A stretch of DNA of 64,000 nucleotides, from positions 72,154,065 to 72,218,064 of the forward strand of contig NC_068991.1 in assembly GCF_001194135.2 (NCBI RefSeq). Direction: 5' to 3'. Shown here in pieces: positions 51,151 to 63,246 of the stretch. Both the position numbers and the translations under genes were made by a program. The DNA comes from Octopus bimaculoides. Taxonomy: Eukaryota. Position 1 is the stretch's first letter. Each line of letters begins with the position of its first letter. The notes under the pieces are model-generated. The model searched no databases, was not told the DNA's origin, and worked only from the letters and a program-made list of their open reading frames with translations.

Positions 51151-51896
51151 GAGAGGAGTCCAAGATTTCAGGAGCTCTGGTCTGGGAGGATGGTACCTGT
51201 CAAGGGTTCTAGTTATGAGTGAAATAACAGAAGATGGTCTTTTATCTAGGGTACCCAGGACTTGTTCGTGTGCGAACATGCCCTGATATGCGAATCAGTT
51301 ACCTTGCCTGAAGATTAAATAGGCCCTATACCACAGGGATTAGCTCAGAATAGAAAGAGTCTAGCTAAGTAAAGTGTAAATAAGGTGGCAAAAAGTAACA
51401 GCAAAATCTGAATATACCAAAGTCTGAACCTTAATTCTTTGGTATGAAGGCTAATGACTGCTGACGCCAGTGAAAAGGGTATGGCACAAGAAGAAGGGGG
51501 GGGGGGTGAATTCTGAATTCCACCCTTTTCTATAAATATTCAGATATCCAGCCATTTCTCAATATGTGGACTCAGGAAACATACCCACAAAGAAAATAAC
51601 TTCATATTTATACAAACAGTATACTCCCTTTGGCATATTCTTAGACGATACCTAATTGACCTGAAGCATTTTAGGTGGTCTGGATGCAACAAATAAGGTG
51701 TGTCCTATTGCTAGCCGATGAATTAGCATCGCTTTGTTTGCAAAAGAGGTGTTTCTTTATGCTCTCTGTCATTAAAAATTAAATAAATGCCAAATATTTA
51801 AACGACAGTATGCTGTGTTTATAAATAGTGCAGAATACTTGTAAAATAATAATCTTATTTTAAAATGGCAAATATACTTACAGCGAACTTCATATA

Positions 51897-52050
51897 ATCC
51901 TTTCTGCTACAGGTAGAAGGTCTGAAATTCTAGAGGAGGGGGCTGGTCGATTACATCGATTCCAATGCTTGGTTTATTTTATCAAATCCAAAAAGATGAA
52001 AGACAAAGCTGATCTTGGCAGAATTTGAACTCAGAACGTAAAATCAGGAG
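51897..52050 (-). mobile_element. SINE family C abutting the Copia 5' LTR
   Basis: aatcctttctgctacagg...ggcagaatttgaactcagaacgtaaa. Confidence 0.75.
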
Positions 52051-54985
52051 AAATGGAGGAACGAGAAAACAGAAGGGATCAAGCGGCAGGAGGCTGACAG
52101 AAAGCTATTGTGGATTTTGTTTGTGTCACGCGAAATAAATAAATAAATAAATAAGGCAGCTGATTGTTTTATATTTTAAAGTTGTTTCTCTGTTATTGAC
52201 GCTGGTCGTAGAACGTAGTTTTGTCAACACAAGATGGCTGCGTAATGACTTTCGCCAATTCCGTTAAAAACAGAAAACTACGAGTGATGGAGGAAATAGA
52301 TGCAGATCTGGGAATTAGCACCAGCGTAGAACTGAAAAGACGAGCCCCAACTGTGTTTTAACACTCGAAGGAAAGGCTCAGGAAGCAGTACTTGAAATAA
52401 ATATGGTGCCAAAAGATAGATACACTCTTTTTAGAGGATTCAAATCAGTCGGCGTTTATCGCATAAGAATCGTTCGGGCAGTGATTACGACGGTGTATAC
52501 CTCGTTCAGTTTGATCGTCTTTGGGATCAAGATTATTTTGCCAGAACTCGTACTTGCGTACATGACATTAAAAAGTGCAAATCGATCACCAGAAAATGAG
52601 CAGTTAGTAAAAATTACAGTTTTAGTGAGTTGACTGACACAAACTGTTTCTCAGTAATAATAAGAAAGGAGATGGATGTTGCATATAATAAAAGTTTACA
52701 GAAATCCGAAAGTAAGCCGGAAACTTGATATGAAGAGTGTTATGGTCGCTGTCACGTAGACGTCCCTCTTAATCTCTCAACCAACGAAGTAGAGACAATC
52801 GAAATAAAGCGGGACATAATAAAAAGGTAAAACACCATGAAGTGCTAAGTAAGTGGCGATACTATCCACTGGGCTATGGATTGTCTATATGCTGGCACCA
52901 GAAAAAGGCGTTATAGTCAGATAGATGAATATTAATCTGTGACCAACACGATGTTGATGAATCAACAAAAGAAAAAGAGTGACGGTCCTTCAATTTTATA
53001 TGAGACAGTAAGCTATGTAGTCCCTGGACAGCAAAGCTTCTGAAACTGTTTGTGGTTCAAAATGGTATGAATGTTTTCTGAAAACATTACCAGATCAAAT
53101 ACAACAGAAGGGAAAGGAAACTAAAAGATGAAAGCAAATATGTAATGTATGTTATTGAAAAAGGTGAAATATTTTGATTGGATTTTTAACATGGAGTATC
53201 TGAATGGCAAGTAAAAGAAAGTGACCAAACAAGAAACGCAAAACACAATTCTTCAGATGAGGAAAATATAATTTCTTTCTCATTAAATATTGACTGGGGC
53301 ACAGCAAAAAAGAGAACTTAAAAGTTGGACTAAAAATTAAGTTTATGAGCATGGACCTGACCAAAATCAACCTAAGATATCTATAAGGTGGATTTATACA
53401 AATAAAATGTTAAGTAGTAAAACAATTTGCTAAGTTAGACCTGTAGCAACAGGTTTTCAAAGCAGAGATGCTAGTAACACTGGAAGTGACTCTGCCACAT
53501 GTTCAAAAGAGAGTCTACATGTAGCATTAGGAATTATGGCCTTTCAGTGCTGGATATACAAATGAATGGATATTGAGATTTCTTTTTTGCAAAGCAACTG
53601 GACAGATTAATTTGCCTAGAACCTCCTCAAGAAGCCAGTACACCTCAGGGTTATATACAGAAACTTTTGAAATATGTATATGGCCTGATTGATGCTTCCA
53701 GATCCTGGTATCTAACAGTCAAAGAGGAATTCACGAAGTTAGGAATACTAGCTTCAAAGTATGATCAGGGAATATTTATATGGTATTGTGGAAACAAACT
53801 GCATGGTGTTAGTGTTACACATGTGGATGATTTCTGTTTTACAGGTACAAAGATCTTTCAGAGCCAAGTTATCGATAGGCTTCATAAATTACTAAAAGTT
53901 AAGTCTGAAGAAACAGCAGAGTTTCAATATATAGGATTAGATATTAAAATGAATGGATAGATTATTAAACTATGTAAAGAAAGTGAAATATATTCCAATA
54001 GAAAATAATAGAAATTTAGAAGACAAAATATCAACAAGAGAGATTACAGAAGTTTAGATAACTGACAGGTTAACTAAATTGCTTAACCACACACAAACTA
54101 GACTAGATTTGAGTTATGATGTTGGTGAGTTAAGTTCTATTCTAAAACAGGAAAATGTGGAGTCGATTCAACAAATTAACAAAGCAGTGAAGAAAGCAAA
54201 GAAGGAAAAATTTCATAAATTATTTCAGGATGAGGAAATTTTGATTGTTTATAGTTGGAGCCATATAGTGATGTCTCTTTTGTTAATTTGAAAGATGAGG
54301 GATCTCAAGGAGGTTATATTTTATTTCTGGTTGTTGCAATGATAATTTTCATGCCCATCGCTTAGCATTCTAAATATATTAGAAGAGTTGTCATAAGTAC
54401 TCTAGCTGCAGAAATCTTCGCAATGGTTGACATTGTATTTTTTAAAGAAAATTTTTATTAAAATTGTTACAGTCATAGAATGAAATTGAAAACATTAAGA
54501 TAACTTGCAAGACAGACAGTTCTTGCCTCTATGATGCAGTAGACTCAACCACTCAAATATAGACAAAAGACTTTGCATAGAGATGGCAAAAAGGAAATTA
54601 CAAAGATCTCATGGATTCCAACAGATGCAAAATTCTGACTTCTTGACAAAGAATGGGGTACCATCCTTTAATATTCTTGGGCTTGCATCAGAGCCTAAAG
54701 AATCTTCAGTATAATTGTTAAAGCTACATTCTTCCTTTTTCTTTTGCAGTTGAAAGCCTGATACTGGCATTAAGTCACAACTGCCAGTCACCCATGAAGA
54801 CGAAAGACAGAAAGGGGTGAAAATAGTGTTAATAGTATAAGGGAAATGATCCCTCCTGAATTACTGGGGTAACCAGAAGAGGAACTGAAGGGAGCAGCTG
54901 GAAGCCGAGAGAAGGATGTCAAGGATTTTGGTTGTCTTATATGGAGATTGTTCTATGCTTAAAATTTGTTCCTCATTTATTAACA
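52050..54985 (+). mobile_element. Ty1/Copia LTR retrotransposon (GalEa-like), decayed, integrase not seen
   Basis: gag (QIWEL..LEGKAQEAVLEI; LAYMTLKSAN; HWAMDC knuckle), protease LDSKASETVCG, RT HVDD, RNase H YSDVSF..SQGGY..STLAAE, PPT at ~54802, 3' LTR 54827-54985. Confidence 0.9.
53330..53960 (+). pseudogene. Copia reverse transcriptase remnant
   Basis: KLLKYVYGLIDASRSWY...YDQGIF...THVDDFCFTG...FQYIGLDI, with upstream stops. Confidence 0.9.
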
Positions 54986-55059
54986 CATTTTACTACAGAC
55001 ACAAAGCCTGAAATTTTAGATGAAGCAACCAATCGATTACATCAACACCAGCTCTGGGA

Positions 55060-55132
55060 TGATCAATGTTTTGTGTGAGTTGATTTGATAGATGGAAACT
55101 GAAAGAAACTAATCATGTTTCTATATGAACAT

Positions 55133-55167
<35 letters not shown>

Positions 55168-55360
55168 GTGTCACCATAATGCAAGTGATGTCATTCATTT
55201 CCGATCTTCCATGGAAACATATCTGGCCACAGAGAATTATGACCTTGCTTGGAAACAGGTGAGAGTTTGCGATGGAAGGGCCATCTGGCCATAAAAAATC
55301 TGCCTCAATGAATTCCGTCTGATTCATGCAAGCATGGAAAAGTGGACGTTAAAATGGTGA
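55060..55360 (+). mobile_element. SINE family B
   Basis: gatagatggaaactgaaagaa, (TG)n, then tail catgcaagcatggaaaagtggacgttaaaat. Confidence 0.7.
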
Positions 55361-56129
55361 TGACAACAATGATGATGATGATGGTGGTGGTTGTAGTGGT
55401 GGTGGCGGCAGCAGTGACAGTGGCTATGGCAGTGGTGATGGTTAATACATATATCTAACATTGACCCAAGGCTACCGATTTTGGTTGAGCAGGGGGACAC
55501 AGTCAATCAAATCTATCCCCAGTACATGACAGGTATTTTTATTTCATCCCCTCCACCCTGATTGAGAAGAATTTCTTCCTCAAACTTGCAACTTATCCTG
55601 TTTCCCTGTGTTTCTTTACGTTTATTTGCCTGTCTGTCATGCTTTCTCTCTCCCTTTCTCTCACTGTCTCAGTCTCTCCTTTTCTCTCACTGTCTCAGTC
55701 TCTCCCTTTCTCTCACTGTCTCTGTCTCTATCCCCCTCGCTTTTCCTTGTTTTCATACCTCTATTATTTATTCATAAGTGTATAATCTTTTGTTATAATA
55801 ATAGCCTAAACAGTTTCCCTCCGCCTAGCATTCTGTTTATATTTCATGTACGACTATTTCAAAGTTTTCTTTCTCTTGTACTCCCATTCTCTTGTTTCTC
55901 TATTTTTGTCCATAGATGCGTATATTTGTATATAAAAATACATATGCGCATGTGTGTGTTTGTATGTGTGGGTTTGTACTTTTGTTTCTTTCCTTTTGAA
56001 AACATTTCAGAGAAGCTAAAATATTCCACTATCATATTTTTCACTTGTTTTAATCTCAAATCCACCTTCCTATTTCTATTTTCGCTATGTCACCCTTTAT
56101 CTTTTCATGTGTAATACTATATTACATTA

Positions 56130-56291
56130 CACACACACATTTAAAATATATTACATACACATACACACACACATGATATTATTAGATAGATACGTGCATG
56201 TATGTATTCCTTTATATATATACACACATGCACACACACACTCACACAAACACATATTTATTTGTAAGTGTATATGTGTGTATGCATATAT

Positions 56292-56326
<35 letters not shown>

Positions 56327-56336
56327 NNNNNNNNNN

Positions 56337-56370
<34 letters not shown>

Positions 56371-56590
56371 ATATATATATATATATTTATATATATGTAT
56401 GTAGTCACACCCATGGTAGCATAAAAGGCGAACGTTAAATGATGATGATGTATGTATGTGTGTACATATGTATATATGTACAGACATACACACATGCACA
56501 CATACGCAGGCACATGCACACACATACACACTCTCACACACACATGCATGCACACGCACACACTCACACACACACATGTATATACATAAA
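56130..56590. repeat. Compound CA/TA microsatellite with gap
   Basis: Direct reading. Confidence 0.9.
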
Positions 56591-56959
56591 AGTCATGTTT
56601 TCAACAGCCACCCTTACTCCGGCTATGGTGCTTTTTGCAACTCACTAACATCCACTGCTGATTAGATTACACAGGTAAGAGAAACTATCAACTGCTTTTG
56701 GCAAGCTTTCTAGGTATGTGAATGAAATCCTTTCCTCAGCGCTCCTACAGTTAACTTTTCCTTGTGCTTCTACGACAAATTAACTCCTTCTTCCTTGTTG
56801 GCTTGTCAGGCATGCCACTGCACCTATTGTGTACAAATTGTTTGCATTAGGTACATTCCATTGGATACCATTCATGCCTATTCCTGTTTAGCATATTGAG
56901 CGTGGCCATTTCATTGTTGGGGCATTGGTGTTCTGTTTTTGTTGTTGTTAACCATAAGT

Positions 56960-57235
56960 TTTGTTCTTGTTTAGTTGATCTTCAGGCCACTTAATTCTAT
57001 ATCCTGCTTCCATTTTAGGAACTTTATCACTAATCCTTTGACTGACTCAGTGCAAGAATGTCTTCTTCTTTATGTGGAGTATAACCAAGATACATCCGAA
57101 AATGCTGAACCAGGAATCCATGCTCCATTAATTTTGGTAGTTCTTCAGTTTTGTGTTGTATGTCTTTGCCAATAGCATCAATGTATTTGAATGATCTTCA
57201 TTTTTCTGTTAGCATGCAGAAGTTTCCAAAATGTG
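56960..57235 (-). pseudogene. RTE-like ORF C-terminal remnant (second lineage)
   Basis: HANR..FKYIDAIGKDIQHKTEELPKLME; related to the remnant at 62185. Confidence 0.55.
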
Positions 57236-57329
57236 ACATCTGCTAAAGTATGTTATTCAGCATAATAGCAGTAACCAATAAAGCCAATCCTACATTGAGC
57301 ATAATAGTAAAAAAAAGAGTAGTAAAGAT

Positions 57330-57570
57330 CTTTCCCAAATCATATAGAATCATGGGGCCGGTTTCCTGGTTTCTATGGTGTATATATTCCTCACCTGGAT
57401 GGGCCACAAGTTTGTTACAGGATTACTCATTTTAGCAAGCTGCATGGATTGCAGCAACATGAAATGAAGTGTTTTGCTCAAAAACACAGTACATCACCTG
57501 GTCCAGGAATCGAAACCACAATCTTGCATTCATAAATCCAACACCCGAACCACTAAGCCATGTGCCTCCA
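57330..57570 (-). mobile_element. tRNA/CORE-like SINE with a different tail
   Basis: Head gtggaggcacatggcttagtgg...ggtttcgattcc as at 43544; tail ...agaaaccaggaaaccggcccc. Confidence 0.7.
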
Positions 57571-57592
57571 CACAATAATAGATGGGTTGAAT

Positions 57593-57915
57593 AATCTTTC
57601 CTACTCTAGGCACAAGGCCCGAAAATTTTTTGGGGAGTGGCTCAGTCGATTAGATCGACCCAGTACACAACTGGTACTTAATTTATTGAACCAGAAAGGA
57701 TGAAAGGCAAAGTTGACCTCGGTGGAATTTGAACTCAGAACATAAAGACAGACGAATTACCGCTAAGCATTTCGCCTGGCATGCTAACACTTATGCCAGC
57801 TCACCGCCTTACCCAACGAAATATTATTGTATTTTTTTCTACTCTAGGCACAAGACCTGAAATCTTTGGGGAGAGGGCCATTCGATTAGATTGACCCAGT
57901 ATGCAACTGGTACTT
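57593..57915 (-). mobile_element. SINE family C, one full and one partial copy
   Basis: tctttcctactctaggcacaagg repeated at ~57595 and ~57835. Confidence 0.8.
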
Positions 57916-57924
57916 AATTTAGTA

Positions 57925-58115
57925 GCTGGAGGAAAGAGTGAGAGAAAGTTGTGGCAAAAGAGTCAGCAGAAGTACACCATTACCTTCTGCCCAAGCCACA
58001 TGGAGCGTAAGTGTTTTACTCATAAACACACACATATCGCCCAGGCTGAGATTCGAACCTGTGATCCCTCGACTGCAAGTCTGCTGCTTTAATCACGAGG
58101 CCAAGGGCCTCCACT
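57925..58115 (-). mobile_element. OR-like SINE 5' portion
   Basis: gagtgagagaaagttgtgg...gattcgaacc...gcctccac. Confidence 0.6.
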
Positions 58116-58449
58116 GATGCTACACCAATCACAGGGGTTAACCATCTACTGGCACAATCTGATTGACTACATAAGTAATTCGCATTTGGCTGGATATTTT
58201 CTCCACCCTATTGACTATCCCAGTTGGGCTGGCTGCTTTTCCTGTCCACAATTTTAATAGCCCTCTCTACCACACAACATCTAACCTTAATATCCAACTC
58301 CTTCTCATGGGTACGCTTGTGATAACCCTTCTTTTCCCATACATTATTCTCATTCAGCAACTCTGAACAACCACTTCATAAATCAATGCAATAAAGCCCA
58401 TTGTGTGAGCTTTTGTCATCAAAGGTATTCATCACCAAGTAATCAGCAT

Positions 58450-58924
58450 TTTTTTTTTTACCTGTTTCAGCCATTTGGCTGTGGCCATACTGGGGCACCA
58501 CCTTGAATTTTTAGACGAATGAATCAACCCCAAGACTTATTTTTTAAGCCTGATACTTACTCTATCGGTTACTTTTGCTGAACCGCTAAGTTACGGGGAT
58601 GTAAGCATACCAACACCGGTTGTCAAGTGGTGATGGGTGGGGGTGGGGTGTGAACACAGACACACAAACACATATATATGTGGTACGTAAAAAGCACCAT
58701 CTAAACTTGGTCAATGTCAGGTCCGCCTGACTGGCTCCCGTGCCAGTGGCATGTAAAAAGCACCATTTGAACGTGGTCAATGCCAGTACTTCCTGACTGG
58801 CATCCAGCTGTAGAAACATAGCCAGATCAGATTGGACCTGGTGCAGCCGCTGGCTCTCCAGACCTCAGTCAAACCATCTAACCCATGCTAGCATGGGGAA
58901 CAGACATTAAATGATGATGATGAT

Positions 58925-58962
<38 letters not shown>

Positions 58963-59118
58963 TATGTATGATGGGCTTCTTTCAGTTTTCATCTACCAAA
59001 TCCACTCACAAGACTTTGGTTGGCCCGAGGCTACAGTAGAAGACACTTGCCCAAGGTGCCACGCAGTGGGACTGAACCCGGAACCATGTGGCAGGGAAGC
59101 AAGCTTCTTACCACACAT
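58450..59118 (-). mobile_element. SINE family A split by a family E insertion
   Basis: 3' half 58450-58680 and 5' half 58965-59118 surround a plus-strand E copy. Confidence 0.8.
58685..58925 (+). mobile_element. RTE-type 3' end repeat (family E) inside SINE A microsatellite
   Basis: ggtacgtaaaaagcacc...catccagctgtagaaac...(GAT)n. Confidence 0.85.
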
Positions 59119-59394
59119 CATCTCATTAACAGTTAAAATAAGGGGATAGGGGTTTGGTGTTTATGGCTTTTCCAAGGTCATTGCAGATTAAATCTGGGTG
59201 GCAAGCTCTGAGTGTCAAAAGCTAACCAACCATGCTAAAGGGATTGCCTCACGTATACAGGAAAATATATGCATTCACTTAAACACACACACACATAACA
59301 GACATGCACATAACACATCTACTTAAAGCATTTACAGGTATGTGAATACGTGCATGGAGATATGCTTGTGTTTGTATGCAAGTGTGTGTTTGTG

Positions 59395-59537
59395 TATACA
59401 TATATATATATAGCTATCTGTCCGTCTGTCTGTCTGCCTATCTATCCATTCGTCCATCCAGGCATCTATCTATCTGTCTATCTATCGATCGATCTAACTA
59501 TCTATCTATCTATTTATCTATCTATCTATCTGTCTAT

Positions 59538-59582
<45 letters not shown>
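59395..59582. repeat. (TATC)n and (TA)n microsatellite
   Basis: Direct reading. Confidence 0.9.
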
Positions 59583-59585
<3 letters not shown>

Positions 59586-59790
59586 TCATTTAACGTCCGT
59601 TGTTCATGCTGGCATGGGTTGGACAGTCTGACTGGGCTGGCATGCGTTAGAAGGCTGCACCAGACTCGAGTCTGATTTGGAATGGTTTTCTATGGCTGAA
59701 TGCTCTTCCTAACGCCAATCACTCCGAGAGTGTAATGAGTGCTTTTACATGCCATTTGCTTGACACCGTGGTGTGTTCATGTGTCACCAG
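59583..59790 (-). mobile_element. RTE-type 3' end repeat (family E)
   Basis: tcatcatttaacgtccgttgttcatgctggcatgggttggac. Confidence 0.85.
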
Positions 59791-60659
59791 CACGATTATA
59801 TATATATATATATGTTGCCAGGTACCACCCTTTTGCTTGTATTTCGTTTTATCTGATATATTTGTATAGATACACTAATCTATCTATCTCTTTATTACTC
59901 CATATATATTCTCTTTCTCTCTCTTTCTCTGCATAAACATATCTCTTCATAGCTATGTATATATGTGTGTGTATAAAAGAGTAATATCAATAATATCTTC
60001 ATAGAATTGTTTAGCTGTCACAGTCACAGTAAGCTCTACCACCCGGAAGGGCAGCTGGTTGTGAAACAATGCTTCAGTATTATGTCTGTCTGACTCATGC
60101 TAGCGTTGACAAAAAGACATAAAAACAAATATGTACACATACATATATGCACACACACACATACGAACATGCACACATGCATGCATGTACACACGTGCAC
60201 ACACACACACTCTCACACATGCACACACCACACACACATATTGTGTACCTCTCTGACCCAAACATAGGAAATTAAATCCTCTCTTGTCATACTTGTTCCT
60301 CTTCAAACATCTTTATTTACTTCCAGACTTAAAACCATTTTCTAAAATAGCTATGAACGTCCCAATGGAATATTTTCTATGTAGTTGTTCACCCTGCTAA
60401 AAATGGTAACCAAATCCATTTCAAATTATACCATTATACCTTAAAACAAGAAGGACACATTGGACAATGTAGTCTGCTGTTTCACGAAAGAAATACCAAA
60501 CAAGCATAAGATGACTTGGTCACACCTGAAATGCTTTTGGTTATCGGCCCGTTCACTCAGAGTTGACATTCCGTCCATCCTATATGTGAGCAGGGAAAAG
60601 TGGATGATGCTGATGATGATGATCAACAGTGACTATGATGGAGGAGGAGGAGGGCAGTG

Positions 60660-61075
60660 AATTGGATGCTTTGCAGTATTTTTTCTGGCTCTTTACATTC
60701 TGAGTTCAAATATCTCCAGGATCAACTTGGCCCTTCATCCTTTCAGGTTTGATATTGTTGTTGTTGGCACTCCGTCGCTTACGACGTCGAGGGTTCCAGT
60801 TGATCCGATCAACGGAACAGCCTACTCGTGAAATTAACGTGCAAGTGGCTGAGCACTCCACAGACACGTGTACCCTTAACGTAGTTCTCGGGGATATTCA
60901 GCGTGACACAGAGTGTGACAAGGCTGACCCTTTGAATTACAGGCACAACAGAAACAGGAAGAAAGAGTGAGAGAAAGTTGTGGTGAAAGAGTACAGCAGG
61001 GTTCACCATCATCCCCTGCCGAAGCCTCAGGTTTGATAAAACAAGGTATAAAGTACCAGTTAAATACTGGGGTGT
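60660..61075 (+). mobile_element. SINE family C interrupted by an OR-like SINE
   Basis: Head tctgagttcaaat...ttcatcctttcagg; resumes after 61026 as gtaccagttaaatactgggg. Confidence 0.75.
60755..61026 (-). mobile_element. 5'-truncated OR-like SINE
   Basis: 12-bp TSD tcaggtttgata at 60743 and 61027; tRNA head absent. Confidence 0.9.
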
Positions 61076-61448
61076 GNNNNNNNNNNNNNNNNNNNNNNNN
61101 NNNNNNNNNNNNNNNNNNNNNNNNNNNNNNNNNNNNNNNNNNNNNNNNNNNNNNNNNNNNNNNNNNNNNNNNNNNNNNNNNNNNNNNNNNNNNNNNNNNN
61201 NNNNNNNNNNNNNNNNNNNNNNNNNNNNNNNNNNNNNNNNNNNNNNNNNNNNNNNNNNNNNNNNNNNNNNNNNNNNNNNNNNNNNNNNNNNNNNNNNNNN
61301 NNNNNNNNNNNNNNNNNNNNNNNNNNNNNNNNNNNNNNNNNNNNNNNNNNNNNNNNNNNNNNNNNNNNNNNNNNNNNNNNNNNNNNNNNNNNNNNNNNNN
61401 NNNNNNNNNNNNNNNNNNNNNNNNNNNNNNNNNNNNNNNNNNNNNNNN

Positions 61449-61449
<1 letters not shown>

Positions 61450-61491
<42 letters not shown>

Positions 61492-61655
61492 CATATATAC
61501 GACACCTTCTTTCAGTTTCCGTCTACCAAATCCACTCACAAGGCTTCGGTCGGCCCAAGGCTTTAGCAGCAGACCCTTGCCCAAGGTACCACGCTGTGGG
61601 ACTGAACCCGGAACCTTGTGGTTGGTAAGCAAGCTACTTACCACACAGCCACTCA
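61450..61655 (-). mobile_element. SINE family A, 5' half after N gap
   Basis: Well-preserved head. Confidence 0.8.
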
Positions 61656-62184
61656 TATCATTGACTTCTAATTCCTCAATCATTTCATATCATTTCATTT
61701 TTTTTTTCATCTTTATTAGGAAATCTTGATTCTGAAAATCTAAAAATAACTGTTTACTTATCAGCATTTCTCTGACCTTTTAAGATAGTTCAGAGCCTGG
61801 GAAAGCAAAATGACAAAGAAATGGTAAGGTTGCTAGAATGTTGAATGAAATGACTTGCAGTATATATTCTAGCTCTCTGAATTCTGAGTTCAAATCCTGC
61901 CTTTTGCATTCAAAGTCAGCATTGAATCTAATGTAACCTAAAAAGGCCATATTAAATAGAATTTTATTTAATATAGAAAATGTCGTCGTCGTTGTCGTCG
62001 TCGTTGCCGTTTAATGTCCGCTTTCCATGCTAGCATGGGTTGGACAAAATGTAATTATAGTAATTGTGAAAATGTAATTGTAATATTAAACTAAAAAAAT
62101 CAAAATGTGAACTGAGATTTTAATGACTTTTTAAAGAATTTCAAAACATTGGAATAAATTTAATATCATGAATACCAGATGTTA

Positions 62185-62312
62185 TATTTGGTAGACTTCC
62201 GCACTCTAATAGAGGACAAAAACCAGTCAACCACATTGATGTTATTGGCAGAATCACAACATGAAATTGAGGACTTACCAAAGTTAATGAGGAATAGAGA
62301 TTCCTGGCACTG
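62185..62312 (+). pseudogene. RTE-like ORF C-terminal remnant
   Basis: SNRGQKPVNHIDVIG..HEIEDLPKLMRNRDSW. Confidence 0.55.
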
Positions 62313-62655
62313 CCTTGAAGAATTTTTAGTTGAATGAATTGACCCTAATACATTTTTTTTAAAGCCTGGTACTTATTCTATTGATCCCTTTTGCCAAACT
62401 GTTCGAGTACAGGGATGTAAACACACCAACACCAGTTTTCAAGCAGCAGTGGGGGACAACACGCACACACACATACACACACACACACACATGACTGGCT
62501 TCTTTCAGTTTCTGTCTACCAAATCCACTCAAAAGTCTTTGGTCAGCCTGAGGTTATAGTAGAAAAGACTTGCCCAAGGTGTCATATAGTGGGACTGAAC
62601 CCAGAACTGTGTGGTTGGGAAGCAAGCTTCTTACGACACAGCCATGCCTGCGCCT
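62310..62655 (-). mobile_element. SINE family A, full length
   Basis: Colinear with the copy at 18565. Confidence 0.85.
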
Positions 62656-62857
62656 ATAAAAATCTAGATGTTTTTTTAGAAAGTTGCATTTAGGGTCCTC
62701 ATTGCCCACATGAAGACTTAAGGCTGCAAGTTCCCTACATCTTTATTATTGTTGCAAAAGGAAGGACATATTTGATAATGTAGTCCTAGTCAGGGCTAGT
62801 ATTATGTACCAGACAAACTAGATGATCCCCTAGGGTGTTAAAATCTGGTGAGACACA

Positions 62858-63246
62858 TTGTTGTTGTTGGCACTCCGTCGCTTACGACGACAAGGGTTCC
62901 AGTTGATCCGATCAACGGAACAGCCTGCTCGAGAAATTAACGTGCAAGTGGCTGAGCACTCCACAGACACGTGTACCCTTAACGTAGTTCTCGGGGATAT
63001 TCAGCGTGACACAGTGTGACAAGGCTGACCCTTTGAATTACAGGCACAACAGAAACAGGAAGTAAGAGTGAGAGAAAGTTGTGGTGAAAGAGTACAGCAG
63101 GGTTTGCCACCATCCCCTGCCGGAGCCTCGTGGAGCTTTAGGTGTTTTCGCTCAATAAACACTCACAGCGCCTGGTTTGGGAATCAAAACCGCGATCCTA
63201 TGACCGCGAGTCTGCTGCCCTAACCACTGGGCCATTGCGCCTCCAC
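62858..63246 (-). mobile_element. tRNA-Arg-headed SINE (OR-like), full length
   Basis: Highly similar to the 3832 copy; TSD ggtgagaca(c/t)a at 62847 and 63247; ctcgcgg in the anticodon-loop position. Confidence 0.9.

Noticed and set aside
55650-55730. Three tandem ~26-bp units
   Set aside because: CT-rich minisatellite without spacers; not CRISPR-like.
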